A stretch of DNA of 64,000 nt from NCBI GenBank assembly GCA_963781705.1, contig CAWAGP010000010.1, forward strand, positions 997,427 to 1,061,426, read 5' to 3'. Position numbers and translations under genes: made by a program. The stretch comes from an uncultured Chloroflexia bacterium (GTDB lineage: Bacteria > Chloroflexota > Limnocylindria > Limnocylindrales > CSP1-4). The notes beneath the pieces are model-generated. The model was not told the DNA's origin, did not search any database, and worked only from the letters and a program-made list of their open reading frames with translations. Shown here in pieces: positions 29,854 through 39,721 of the stretch (position 1 is the stretch's first letter; every line of letters starts with the position of its first letter).

Positions 29854-30778
29854 CGCGCCCTCGCACAGCGCGCCCACGCCACCAGCCGTCGATCTCGACG
29901 GCGTGCTCGTCGTGGCCAAGGAACCGGGCCCGACTTCGCACGACATCGTCGCCCTGGTGCGGCGCCTGAGCGGCGTGCGACGCGTTGGTCACGGCGGCAC
30001 GCTCGATCCTTTTGCGGCCGGCGTACTGCCGGTCTTCATCGGCCGAGCCACGCGCCTGGTCGAGTACCACATGGGCGACGAGAAGGAATACCGGGCATTG
30101 GTCTGCTTCGGCAGCCGCTCGACCACTGACGATCTGGACGGCGAGCTGACGCCCGTGGGCAGCGCACCGACGCAGGACGAGACGGAGGCCGCGCTGCGGT
30201 CCTTCCGCGGCGAGATTGAGCAGGTGCCGCCCGACTACTCGGCCGTACGCGTGGCCGGGCGGCGTGCCTATGAACTGGCGCGCGGTGGTGCCAAGCCCGA
30301 GTTGCGCCCGCGGCACGTGACCGTTCATCGCCTTGACCTGATGGCGTGGGGCACCGACGATCCGACACGGCCGGTGGCGACGCTCGAGGTGCGCTGTAGT
30401 GCCGGCACCTATGTGCGTTCGCTGGCGCGCGACCTGGGTGAGAAGCTCGGTTCGGGCGCCTACCTGGCGGCGCTGACGCGCACCGCCAGCGGGCCGTTCC
30501 GGTTGGCCGACGCTCATCCGCTCGCGGCGGTGCGGGACGCATTCGGCCACGCCCGCGCGAGGGCACTGCTGTTGCCGGTAGACGCCGGGCTGGAGCGCTT
30601 CCCAGAGATTCAGATGGAGGACGCTGCGCTGCGCCATCTCGCCCGCGGCCAGCAGATTCGGCGTGCGGGTGCGCCCGGTGAGGAGGGTCTCGTGCGCGTC
30701 GTCGACCAGCGCGGCCGACTGGTGGCCATGGCGCGCCAGGAGGCCGGCTTCATCAGGCCGGCAAAGGTTCTCGCCTGA
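29846..30778 (+). CDS. truB: tRNA pseudouridine(55) synthase TruB
   Basis: GVLVVAKEPGPTSHDIVALVRRLSGVRRVGHGGTLDPFAAGVLPVFIGRATRL with catalytic Asp motif. GTG start overlaps the nrnA stop. Confidence 0.9.
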   Translation: MTDAPSHSAPTPPAVDLDGVLVVAKEPGPTSHDIVALVRRLSGVRRVGHGGTLDPFAAGVLPVFIGRATRLVEYHMGDEKEYRALVCFGSRSTTDDLDGELTPVGSAPTQDETEAALRSFRGEIEQVPPDYSAVRVAGRRAYELARGGAKPELRPRHVTVHRLDLMAWGTDDPTRPVATLEVRCSAGTYVRSLARDLGEKLGSGAYLAALTRTASGPFRLADAHPLAAVRDAFGHARARALLLPVDAGLERFPEIQMEDAALRHLARGQQIRRAGAPGEEGLVRVVDQRGRLVAMARQEAGFIRPAKVLA

Positions 30779-30795
30779 CATGACAGTCGCCTGAC

Positions 30796-31764
30796 ATGAG
30801 GGTCGTGCACAACGTCGACGAGTTGGCGCCCGGCCTGCGCTTCGCGCTCGCAATCGGCATGTTCGACGGCATCCACCGCGGACACCAGCGAGTGTTGCGC
30901 GCGCTCGCCGAGGCCGCCCGCCGGCGGGCGGCCGCTGCGGTGTTGCTCACGTTCGAGCCACATCCGGCGCAGGTGCTACGCGGTCAGCTGCCGCTGCTGC
31001 TGTGCGCCGACCGTGAGCGGCTGGCAAGGTTCGCCGGACTGGGTATCGACCTCGTGGTCATCCAGCACTTCGATCACGCCTTCGCGGCGCAGCCGCCCGA
31101 GAGTTTTCTGCGCCGCGTGTCCACTGGCCGCGACCTGGCGGCGGTCGTCATGACGCCGGAGTCGGCCTTCGGCCGCGATCGTGCCGGAGTGTTGCCGGCG
31201 GTGCGCCAGCTAGGCCGTGAGCTGGGCTTCGACATCGCCGAGGTCGCACCACTCGCCGGCGCAGGGACGATCATCTCGAGCACACGCCTGCGGAATCTCC
31301 TGGCGGCCGGCCGGTTGGCCCAGGTGCGTCGCCTGCTCGGCCGCTGGTACGCCGTCATCGGCACTGTCGTGCCCGGTGATCGGCGCGGGCGCGCCATGGG
31401 CTATCCCACTGCCAACCTGCGCTTCGATCGGCCGGTCGCACTGCCGCCTGACGGCATCTATGCCGTGCGCGCCGGCTGGGGTGGCACCGATCCGCTGAGA
31501 CCACAGCGCACTGCGGACGGCGTTGCGTCGCTCGGTGTGCGGCCCACTTTCGGCGGTGGTGAACGCGTGCTCGAGGTGCACTTGTTCGAGGTCGACGAAG
31601 ACCTCTACGGGCAGGCGTTGCGAGTTGAGTTCCTCCGGCGGCTGCGCGGCGAGAAGAGGTTCGCGTCGGTCGCCGCGCTGGTTGCGCAGATGGACCGAGA
31701 CAGTAACCGCGCGCGCACAGTTATCTCAAACATCCGTGTGCGTGAGCGTAAGCGAGAGCGGTGA
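30796..31764 (+). CDS. ribF: Bifunctional riboflavin kinase / FAD synthetase
   Basis: [14 protein letters not shown] (FMN adenylyltransferase HxGH) and C-terminal riboflavin-kinase domain [20 protein letters not shown]...[17 protein letters not shown]. Confidence 0.9.
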   Translation: MRVVHNVDELAPGLRFALAIGMFDGIHRGHQRVLRALAEAARRRAAAAVLLTFEPHPAQVLRGQLPLLLCADRERLARFAGLGIDLVVIQHFDHAFAAQPPESFLRRVSTGRDLAAVVMTPESAFGRDRAGVLPAVRQLGRELGFDIAEVAPLAGAGTIISSTRLRNLLAAGRLAQVRRLLGRWYAVIGTVVPGDRRGRAMGYPTANLRFDRPVALPPDGIYAVRAGWGGTDPLRPQRTADGVASLGVRPTFGGGERVLEVHLFEVDEDLYGQALRVEFLRRLRGEKRFASVAALVAQMDRDSNRARTVISNIRVRERKRER

Positions 31765-31822
31765 AACCGAACGCCTGTTAGACTCCCGCGGAACGAAATT
31801 TGAGGAATCATTGGAGGAACGG

Positions 31823-32092
31823 GTGCCGCTGGCGCGGGAAATGAAGGAAGGGATCGTGGCTGAACATGCGCGATCCGAGGCAGATACAGGCTCACCAGAG
31901 GTCCAGATCGCTCTCCTGACGGAGCGCATCAAGGGATTGACCGAGCACCTGCGCAGCTTCCCCAAGGACAACCACTCGCGTCGCGGCCTGCTCAAGCTCG
32001 TCGGCCAGCGTCGTCGCCTGCTTGCGTACCTGATGCGCAAGGACAACGCTCGATATCGCGCCCTGATCGGCGCCCTCGGACTGCGCCGCTAG
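31823..32092 (+). CDS. rpsO: 30S ribosomal protein S15 (start could be 31811, 31823 or 31841)
   Basis: ...[78 protein letters not shown] at about 31813-31818. Confidence 0.85.
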   Translation: MPLAREMKEGIVAEHARSEADTGSPEVQIALLTERIKGLTEHLRSFPKDNHSRRGLLKLVGQRRRLLAYLMRKDNARYRALIGALGLRR

Positions 32093-32127
32093 CAACGCTG
32101 AACCCGTCCTCCCCGAATGGAGGACTG

Positions 32128-34719
32128 ATGCCAGTCACAACACTGTCGACCGAGTTCGCCGGTCGTACCCTGACCATCGAGACCGGTAAGCTCGCCCTGC
32201 TCGCCGGTGGCTCGGTCACCGTCCGCTACGGCGACACGATGCTGCTCGGAACGGCCAACCGCTCCGAACCGCGACCCGGGCTCGACTTCTTCCCGATGAC
32301 GATCGAGTTCGAGGAGCGCATGTATGCCGCGGGCAAAATCCCGGGCGGCTTCATCAAGCGCGAGTCGCGCCCGTCGGAGGCGGCCATCCTCGCCGCTCGG
32401 CTGACCGACCGGCCTATCCGGCCGCTCTTCCCGGAGGGTTACAAGGACGACGTCCAGATCGTGTTGACGGTCCTGTCGACCGACCAGGAGAACGATCCCG
32501 ACATCATCGGCACCATTGCCGCATCTGCCGCGCTGACGATCAGCGAAATCCCCTTCAACGGACCGGTCGCAGCGGTTCGCGTCGGGCGCATCGACGGCGA
32601 GCTCGTGCTCAACCCGACGGTCAGCCAGCTCGCCGACTCAGAGCTGGACCTTGTCGTCTCAGGCACGCGTGACGCGATCATGATGGTCGAGGCCGGCGCC
32701 AAGATCGTGCCCGAGTCGGTCATGGCCGAGGCGATCATGTTCGGCCACCGCTCGCTGGCGCCGATCGTCGAGCTGCAGGAGCAACTCCGCGCCCAGGTCG
32801 GCAAGGCCAAGCGCATCCCCTACATCGAGCCCAGCGTCGGCTCGCTCCTCGCCTTCGTCGATGCGATGCAGAACGACCAGCCGTTCGTGGTCTTCGACGT
32901 GGAGACCACCAGCCGCGATGTCAAGCAGGGCGCGCTTGTCGAGATCGGTGCCGTCAAGGTAAATCACGGCAAGATCGAAGATCGCTGGTCGACGCTCGTC
33001 AATCCGGGCGGGTCCATCGTCGGCCGCCAACTGCACGGCATCACCGACGCCGACGTCAAGGACGCACCCGCGCCGGCCGCCGCAGCCCAGCAATTCTTCG
33101 ACTGGGCCGGTGACGCACTGCTCGTCGGCCACAACGTCGGCTTCGACATCGGCTTCCTCGAGGCGGCCACCGACAACACCCGCAAAGTCGCGCAGGGCAC
33201 CTACCTCGACACGCTGGTCATCGCCCGCGAGGCGTACCCGGACGGCGATCTGAAGCTGGGGGACCTTGCGCGGTTCTTCGAGCTCGAGACCCAGCCGAAT
33301 CATCGAGCGCTGCCCGATGCCGAGGCAACTGCCCAGCTCCTGATCCGTCTGGGCAGCGATCTGCCTGATCGGATCAACACCTATCGCGAGACGGTCGCCA
33401 ATGCCATCCGCTCACTGCGCAACGGCACCTCGAAGGCGGATGCCAACACGCAGATCGATGGCGCGCGTGCGACGGCCCGCTTCTCGAAGTCGCTTGCATC
33501 GCTGCTCCATAAGAAGGTCGTGCGCGAGTTGGTGCTCAGCGAGGGCATCCGCATGGACGGCCGCGACACGGAGACCATTCGGCCGATCTCGGTCGAGGTC
33601 GGCCTGCTGCCGCGCGCTCACGGCTCGGCGCTCTTCACACGCGGCGAGACGCAGGCGTTGAGTGTCGCCACGCTGGGCCCGTCGTCCGACGTCCAGCGCA
33701 TCGACACGATCAGCCCCGAGGAATCGAAGCGTTATCTGCATCACTACAACTTCCCGCCCTATTCGGTGGGTGAGAACAAGCCCATGCGCGGTCCGTCGCG
33801 ACGCGACATCGGTCACGGCGCGCTGGCCGAGCGGGCACTGCTGCCCGTCCTGCCCGCGCAGGAGGATTTCCCGTACGTCATCCGCGTCGTATCCGAGGCG
33901 GTCAGCTCGAACGGCTCGACCTCGATGGCCTCGACCTGCGGCTCAACGCTCGCGCTGATGGATGCCGGGGTACCGATCAAGGCCCCCGTCGCCGGCGCGG
34001 CGATGGGCCTCATCAGCGGCAGTGACGGCAAGTTCGCCGTGCTGACCGACATCATGGGTAAGGAAGACTCCTTCGGCGACATGGACTTCAAGGTCACGGG
34101 CACGTCCGAGGGCATCACCGCGGTCCAGATGGACATCAAGGTCCAGGGCATCAACGAGGACATCATCCGCACCGGGCTGGAGAAGGCTCGCGTGGCGCGC
34201 CTGTTCATCCTGGGCAAGATGCTCGAGGTGATGCCCGAGACGCGCGACGAGATGAGCGCCTATGCCCCGCGCATCATCACCATCAAGATCAACCCGGAGA
34301 AGATCCGCGACATCATCGGCAAGGGCGGTGCCACGATCCGCAAGATCCAGGAGGACACCGGCACCAACATCAACGTCGAGGACGACGGCACGGTCGAGAT
34401 CGCGGCGGTCAACGCCGACAACTCGCGTGCGGCCATCCAGATGATCGAGGGGCTGACGCGCGAGGTTGAAGTCGGCAGCCTGTACCTGGGCAAGGTGACT
34501 CGCCTTATGACCTTCGGCGCGTTCGTCGAGATCCTGCCCGGCAAGGAAGGCCTCGTGCGCATCGGCGAACTGGCCGACTACCACGTGCCCACGGTCGAGG
34601 ACGTCGTGTCCGTCGGCGACGAGATCATGGTCGTGGTGACCGAGATCGACCGCCAGGGACGCGTCAACCTGTCGCGCAAGGCGGCCATGCAGCGCCATCT
34701 GGCCAAGTCGCCCGCCTGA
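32128..34719 (+). CDS. pnp: Polyribonucleotide nucleotidyltransferase (PNPase) with an inserted DnaQ-like DEDDh 3'-5' exonuclease domain (863 aa versus about 700-740 usual)
   Basis: RNase PH-1 (res 1-230), then all-alpha linker interrupted at residues ~249-410 by FVVFDVETT...LLVGHNVGFDIGFL...HRALPDAEATAQLL (Exo I/II/III). Then RMDGRDTETIRP...LPRAHGSALFTRGETQAL (RNase PH-2), KH (IIGKGGATIRKIQEDTG), S1 (GKVTRLMTFGAFVEILPGKEGLVRI). Single uninterrupted ORF. Confidence 0.9.
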   Translation: MPVTTLSTEFAGRTLTIETGKLALLAGGSVTVRYGDTMLLGTANRSEPRPGLDFFPMTIEFEERMYAAGKIPGGFIKRESRPSEAAILAARLTDRPIRPLFPEGYKDDVQIVLTVLSTDQENDPDIIGTIAASAALTISEIPFNGPVAAVRVGRIDGELVLNPTVSQLADSELDLVVSGTRDAIMMVEAGAKIVPESVMAEAIMFGHRSLAPIVELQEQLRAQVGKAKRIPYIEPSVGSLLAFVDAMQNDQPFVVFDVETTSRDVKQGALVEIGAVKVNHGKIEDRWSTLVNPGGSIVGRQLHGITDADVKDAPAPAAAAQQFFDWAGDALLVGHNVGFDIGFLEAATDNTRKVAQGTYLDTLVIAREAYPDGDLKLGDLARFFELETQPNHRALPDAEATAQLLIRLGSDLPDRINTYRETVANAIRSLRNGTSKADANTQIDGARATARFSKSLASLLHKKVVRELVLSEGIRMDGRDTETIRPISVEVGLLPRAHGSALFTRGETQALSVATLGPSSDVQRIDTISPEESKRYLHHYNFPPYSVGENKPMRGPSRRDIGHGALAERALLPVLPAQEDFPYVIRVVSEAVSSNGSTSMASTCGSTLALMDAGVPIKAPVAGAAMGLISGSDGKFAVLTDIMGKEDSFGDMDFKVTGTSEGITAVQMDIKVQGINEDIIRTGLEKARVARLFILGKMLEVMPETRDEMSAYAPRIITIKINPEKIRDIIGKGGATIRKIQEDTGTNINVEDDGTVEIAAVNADNSRAAIQMIEGLTREVEVGSLYLGKVTRLMTFGAFVEILPGKEGLVRIGELADYHVPTVEDVVSVGDEIMVVVTEIDRQGRVNLSRKAAMQRHLAKSPA

Positions 34720-34896
34720 GCGCACCCCAATCGCACAAGCGACGGCCCGCCCTCTGGGGCGGGCCGTTCTTCATTGGCTGTCCGCGACTACCGGCCGGCC
34801 GGTATCATCATCACGCGTGCCCAACCGAACACTCGCCATGAGTCTTGCCTTGTCAAGAAGGGGTCCCGCGGGCGCGTATGGAAGCAGTCGGTTAGC

Positions 34897-35616
34897 GTGA
34901 CGCCGGACGAACGACGGCGCGTGCTCGACGGCATAGCGGCCGAAATCACGACGTGCGACCGTTGCCCGCTGCATACCGGCCGAACGCGCGCGGTGCCGGG
35001 GGAGGGCAACCCGGAGACAGAGGTCGTGTTCGTCGGTGAGGGCCCGGGGTACAACGAAGACCAGCAGGGCCGTCCGTTCGTTGGTGCGGCCGGCGGCCTG
35101 CTGACGGAGCTGCTCCGTGCCATCGGCTGGCAGCGCCAGGACGTATTCATCACCAACGTCGTGAAGTGCCGGCCGCCGGCCAACCGCGACCCGGAACCAG
35201 CCGAGATCGCTGCCTGCGCGCCTTACCTGCAACGACAGCTGGAGGCGCTCGACCCGGCTCTCATCATCACGCTCGGGCGCCACTCGCTGCAGACGTTCAT
35301 GCCGGGTGCGCGCATCGGCGCGGCGCACGGCACCGAGCGGGCAGTCGATCCGGCCACCGGCGCGCGAGACGCAACGAGCTATGCCATGTACCACCCGGCG
35401 GCCGCGCTCCGCCAGGGCAGTCTCAGGGAAACGATGTTCGAGGACATGGCCGCAGTACCGGACACGCTCATTCGCGCCCGCGAACGCCGCGCGGTGGCAG
35501 TTCCGTCGCCGGCCGACGACCCGGCCGAGCCCATCGATTTGCACCCGGCCATTGACGAGCTCGAGAGCGCGCCAGCGACCACCAGTCCTGAACCGCAACT
35601 GGAGCTATTCCGATGA
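34897..35616 (+). CDS. Uracil-DNA glycosylase, family 4 (UdgA/UdgB-like, Fe-S). Start uncertain; the ORF track begins at 34774.
   Basis: ITTCDRCPLHTGRTRAVPGEGNPETEVVFVGEGPGYNEDQQGRPFVGAAGGLL...ITNVVKCRPPANRDP...HPAAALR, the family-4 UDG motifs. Confidence 0.8.
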   Translation: MTPDERRRVLDGIAAEITTCDRCPLHTGRTRAVPGEGNPETEVVFVGEGPGYNEDQQGRPFVGAAGGLLTELLRAIGWQRQDVFITNVVKCRPPANRDPEPAEIAACAPYLQRQLEALDPALIITLGRHSLQTFMPGARIGAAHGTERAVDPATGARDATSYAMYHPAAALRQGSLRETMFEDMAAVPDTLIRARERRAVAVPSPADDPAEPIDLHPAIDELESAPATTSPEPQLELFR

Positions 35617-37277
35617 AAGAACCCGCTGCCGACACGTTGCGCATCCTGCCGCTGGGCGGCGTCGGCGAGATCGGCAAGAACATGACCGTCTTCGAGTACG
35701 GCGACGAGATCGTCATCATCGACTGTGGGCTGATGTTTCCGGAAGAGGAGATGTTCGGCATCGACTTCGTCATCCCGGACGTGACGTATCTGCGCGATCG
35801 GCACGACAAGGTCAAGGCGTTCCTGATCACCCACGCCCATGAGGACCACATCGGTGGGTTGCCGTTCATCCTGCCCTACTTCCCGGGCGTGCCCATCTAT
35901 GCCTCGACGCTGGCCCAGGGCCTGCTCGGCATCAAGATCAAGGAGCACAAACTCCACAAGAACCCGCTGATGGCCTTCGAGCCCGGCCAGACGGTATCGC
36001 TTGGCTCCTTCAGCGCCACGCCGTTCCGGATCGGCCATTCGATCCCCGACGCCATGGGCATCGCCCTGCGCACCCCGCTCGGGCTCGTCGTGCATACCGG
36101 CGACTTCAAGTTCGACCACACCCCGGTCGACGGCAAGATGTCCGATCTCCACGCCCTCGCCAACTACGGCCAGGAGGGTGTGCTGTGCCTGATGTCGGAT
36201 TCCACGCGCGCCGAGAACCCCGGTTACACGCCTTCAGAGCGGACCGTGGGAGCAGCCTTCCACGACATCATGGAGGGCCTCGAGGGACGCGTCATCGTGG
36301 CCACCTTCGCCAGCAATATCGCGCGCATTCAGCAGGTCTTCGACGCGGCGCGCACCTTCAACCGCAAGGTGGCGGTCATCGGTCGCTCGATGGAGCAGAA
36401 CGTGCGCATCGCGACCGAACTCGGCTATCTCAAGTACCCGGCCGACCAGCTCGTCAGCAAGGATCGGCTCAAGGACATTCCCGACAACGAGCTGGTTATC
36501 GCCACCACCGGCGCCCAGGGCGAGCCGATGGCCGGGCTGGCGCGCATGGCCAACCGCGATCACCGCTGGGTCGAGATCAAGCCAGGCGACACGGTCATCG
36601 TCTCGGCCAGCCCGATCCCCGGCAACGAGGAGGTTGTCGGCCGGACCATCGACAACCTGTTCAAGAACGGGGCAAATGTCTTCTACCACGACATTCGCCG
36701 CGCCCACGTATCGGGCCACGCCAGCCAGGAAGAGCTGAAGCTGATGCTCAACCTGACCCGGCCGCGCCACTTCATACCGATCCACGGCGAGTTCCGCATG
36801 CTCGTGCAGCACGGTCGCGTGGCCCAGGAGCTGGGGGTGTCGCCGGCGAACATCTTCATCATCGAGAACGGCCAGCCGATCGACTTCTCGGCCGACGGCG
36901 CCCGGCGGGCGACTCCGGTCGAGGCCGGCTACGTATACGTCGACGGGTTGTCGGTGGGCGAGGTGGGCGACGTCGTCCTGCGCGACCGGCGCATGCTCGC
37001 GTCGGACGGCATGTTCCTGGTCGTGGTGACGGTGGACAAGCAGACGGGCGCGCTCATCGGCCCGCCTGAGATCGTGACGCGCGGTTTCGTGACCGGGCCG
37101 GACGATCCGGTGGTGGCCGGCGCCGCGGAGCAGGTGGCCGCCGCAATCCACATGCCCGGCGAACACACCAGTGAGGTCGGCCTGCTCAAGGCGCAGATCA
37201 AGGACAGCCTGAGCCAGTACCTGTTCGAGCAGACCCGTCGCCGGCCGATGGTCTTTCCCGTGGTGGTCGAGGTCTAG
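35613..37277 (+). CDS. rnj: Ribonuclease J (metallo-beta-lactamase / beta-CASP)
   Basis: LRILPLGGVGEIGKNMTVFEY...ITHAHEDHIGGLP (HxHxDH)...beta-CASP and C-terminal domain, 554 aa. Confidence 0.95.
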   Translation: MKEPAADTLRILPLGGVGEIGKNMTVFEYGDEIVIIDCGLMFPEEEMFGIDFVIPDVTYLRDRHDKVKAFLITHAHEDHIGGLPFILPYFPGVPIYASTLAQGLLGIKIKEHKLHKNPLMAFEPGQTVSLGSFSATPFRIGHSIPDAMGIALRTPLGLVVHTGDFKFDHTPVDGKMSDLHALANYGQEGVLCLMSDSTRAENPGYTPSERTVGAAFHDIMEGLEGRVIVATFASNIARIQQVFDAARTFNRKVAVIGRSMEQNVRIATELGYLKYPADQLVSKDRLKDIPDNELVIATTGAQGEPMAGLARMANRDHRWVEIKPGDTVIVSASPIPGNEEVVGRTIDNLFKNGANVFYHDIRRAHVSGHASQEELKLMLNLTRPRHFIPIHGEFRMLVQHGRVAQELGVSPANIFIIENGQPIDFSADGARRATPVEAGYVYVDGLSVGEVGDVVLRDRRMLASDGMFLVVVTVDKQTGALIGPPEIVTRGFVTGPDDPVVAGAAEQVAAAIHMPGEHTSEVGLLKAQIKDSLSQYLFEQTRRRPMVFPVVVEV

Positions 37278-37280
37278 CGC

Positions 37281-39584
37281 GTGGCTCGCGCCCGGCGCGC
37301 CGGTCCGACCAGCCGCTCGCGCAGTCGCGCCTCGCGCTCGACGACGCCGTGGTACGCCGCGTTCCGGCTGCCGCCGCATGTCGCCCGCTCGTTGGTCGGC
37401 CTGACCCTGTTGGTCGTCGGCGCGATCACGTTCATCGCGCTCCTCTTCCCACAGGCGGGCGTGCTCAACCGTTACGTGTCGGACATCCTCCGCCCGGCGG
37501 TCGGCCAGGGCGCATGGCTGCTCGCGCTGCTGCTGATGGTCGCTGGCGTGCTCGTCGAGCGTCCGTCGCGCATCCAGAACGGATCACTGCTCGCCATCAG
37601 CGGCGGCATCCTGATGTTCATAGCCGGTTTGGGCCTGATCCACCTGGTGTGGGGTACGGGCACCGGGCCTAAGGCGCTCAGCGCCGGCGGCGGCGCCGTA
37701 GGCAACTCGCTGTCGACCTCGCTCACCAGCCTGCTGTCCGCGCCGGGGGCGTTCGTGGCGCTGGCGGGCATCCTTCTTGCCGGCGTGATCCTGCTCTTCA
37801 ACGTCAGCCTGCGTGCATTGGTCAGGCCGGTCGGCACCGGCGGTCGGATGCTGGCCGGGGCGATGGCTCGGCCGGTGCGCCAGATGGCCGACGAGGCTGG
37901 CCGCCGCCAGGCCGCCAGCGTCCAACAGGCGACGCCGCTCAAGGCGCCCAAGCCCGTCAAGGCAGCGCAGGCCGAGCGCGGCGTGGCGGACAAGCCGGCA
38001 ATCCCGGCACCCGAGCGGAGCTCGGCGCCGCTCAGCCAGACGATCTGGACGGCGCCGGCGGCCGGCGAACGGAACGTCTCGCCAATCAGCGCCGAGCCAC
38101 TCGCCGAGGAACGTCCCGCGCGAGTGTGGCGCCTTCCCCCTTACGACCTGCTCGACGCAGCGGAGTCGGGCGGCAACGGCCAGAAGCTCGATCACGCGCG
38201 CAACATCCGCATCATCGAGGAGAAGCTGTCCAGTTTCCAGATCCCGGCCAAGGTCATCGCCACCAACACCGGCCCGGTCGTTACCCAGTACGAGGTGCGC
38301 CCGGACGCGCACGTCAAGCTGTCGCGCATCGAGGGCCTCGCCGACGATCTGGCGATGGCGCTCGCCGCGCGGACGATCCGCATCGAGGCGCCCATTCCCG
38401 GCCGTGACGTGGTCGGCGTCGAGATTCCCAATCACTCCAGTGAGATCGTCGGCTTCCGGCAGCTGCTCGAAGACTCAAGCATGGCCGACGCCCAGAGCCG
38501 GTTGACTTTTGCCTTGGGCCGCGACGTGTCGGGCAAGGCGTACGCGGTCGACCTGGCGCGCATGCCGCACCTGCTGGTGGCTGGCGCCACCGGCTCGGGC
38601 AAGAGCGTCTGCGTCAACGCCCTGATCACCAGCCTGCTGATGCGCGCCAATCCCGACGAGCTGCGCCTGATCCTGATCGATCTCAAGCGCGTCGAACTGG
38701 CTGCCTACCGCGACCTGCCCCAGCTCGAGACGCCGGTCATCGTCGAGTCCTACGACGCGCGTGCCGTGCTGACCAACCTGGTCCACGTGATGGAGGAGCG
38801 TTACGAGCTACTGGCGGGCGCCATGGAGCGAAATATCGCCGCCTACAACATAAGTCCGCGCCGGGGCGACGCGCCGCCCATGCCCTACATCGTGGTCGTC
38901 ATCGACGAGTTGGCCGACCTGATGCTGCGCGAAGGGCGCAAGGTCGAGGATCCCGTCGTCAAGCTCGCCCAGAAGGCCCGTGCGGTGGGCATCCACCTCG
39001 TCCTCGCCACGCAACGGCCGAGCGTCAACGTGGTCACCGGTCTGATCAAGGCAAACGTGCCGTCGCGCATCGCCTTTGCCATGGCGTCCAATGTCGACTC
39101 GCGGACGGTCCTCGACGCCAACGGCGCGGAGGACCTCATCGGCCGCGGCGACATGCTCTACCAGCCGGCCGACCTGCCGCGGCCGGTCCGCCTGCAGGGC
39201 GTATTCGTGAGCGACAACGAGGTGCACGGGGTCACCAAGTCATGGCGCGATCAGGACGAGCCGCACTACAACCGCGACCTGCTCAAAGGCGCCGAGACCG
39301 AAGAAGGCCCCGACGGTGGCCAGTACGCCTGGCTGGCCAAGGCGGCCGACGACGAGCTGGCTCCGCGCGCGGCTGAGATCGTCCAGCAGACCGGCCGGGC
39401 GAGCACGTCCATGATGCAGACCAAGCTGAAGGTCGGCTTCAACCGCGCCACGCGGCTGATGGACGTGCTTGAGCGGCACGGCATCATTGGTCCGCTCGAT
39501 CCGCGCAATCCGGGCGCACCACGACAGGTGTATGGCCCGGACAACTGGATCCGCGGCCCGTCCGAAGGTGACGCCCTCGAGTAA
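37281..39584 (+). CDS. ftsK: DNA translocase FtsK/SpoIIIE
   Basis: N-terminal TM helices, linker, motor domain HLLVAGATGSGKSV (Walker A), VVVIDELADLM (Walker B), C-terminal gamma wHTH domain MMQTKLKVGFNRATRLMDVLE. Confidence 0.95.
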   Translation: MARARRAGPTSRSRSRASRSTTPWYAAFRLPPHVARSLVGLTLLVVGAITFIALLFPQAGVLNRYVSDILRPAVGQGAWLLALLLMVAGVLVERPSRIQNGSLLAISGGILMFIAGLGLIHLVWGTGTGPKALSAGGGAVGNSLSTSLTSLLSAPGAFVALAGILLAGVILLFNVSLRALVRPVGTGGRMLAGAMARPVRQMADEAGRRQAASVQQATPLKAPKPVKAAQAERGVADKPAIPAPERSSAPLSQTIWTAPAAGERNVSPISAEPLAEERPARVWRLPPYDLLDAAESGGNGQKLDHARNIRIIEEKLSSFQIPAKVIATNTGPVVTQYEVRPDAHVKLSRIEGLADDLAMALAARTIRIEAPIPGRDVVGVEIPNHSSEIVGFRQLLEDSSMADAQSRLTFALGRDVSGKAYAVDLARMPHLLVAGATGSGKSVCVNALITSLLMRANPDELRLILIDLKRVELAAYRDLPQLETPVIVESYDARAVLTNLVHVMEERYELLAGAMERNIAAYNISPRRGDAPPMPYIVVVIDELADLMLREGRKVEDPVVKLAQKARAVGIHLVLATQRPSVNVVTGLIKANVPSRIAFAMASNVDSRTVLDANGAEDLIGRGDMLYQPADLPRPVRLQGVFVSDNEVHGVTKSWRDQDEPHYNRDLLKGAETEEGPDGGQYAWLAKAADDELAPRAAEIVQQTGRASTSMMQTKLKVGFNRATRLMDVLERHGIIGPLDPRNPGAPRQVYGPDNWIRGPSEGDALE

Positions 39585-39721
39585 CCACTTCCGCCCATTT
39601 CGGTCGGTGCGGATTAGCGCGTAGACTGGCCACGCGTCAGCGCGGTTCCCATGTCAGCGTCGGCGCCTGACCATGATCAACCACGGCTCTGCCGTAATTT
39701 CAAGGGGAAGCACTCTCGGCG

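Noticed and set aside
32872-33357. Intein in PNPase
   Set aside because: The insert has DnaQ Exo I/II/III motifs and lacks intein hallmarks: no N-terminal Cys/Ser or C-terminal HN and nucleophile, and no LAGLIDADG/HNH block. It is a domain insertion, not an intein.
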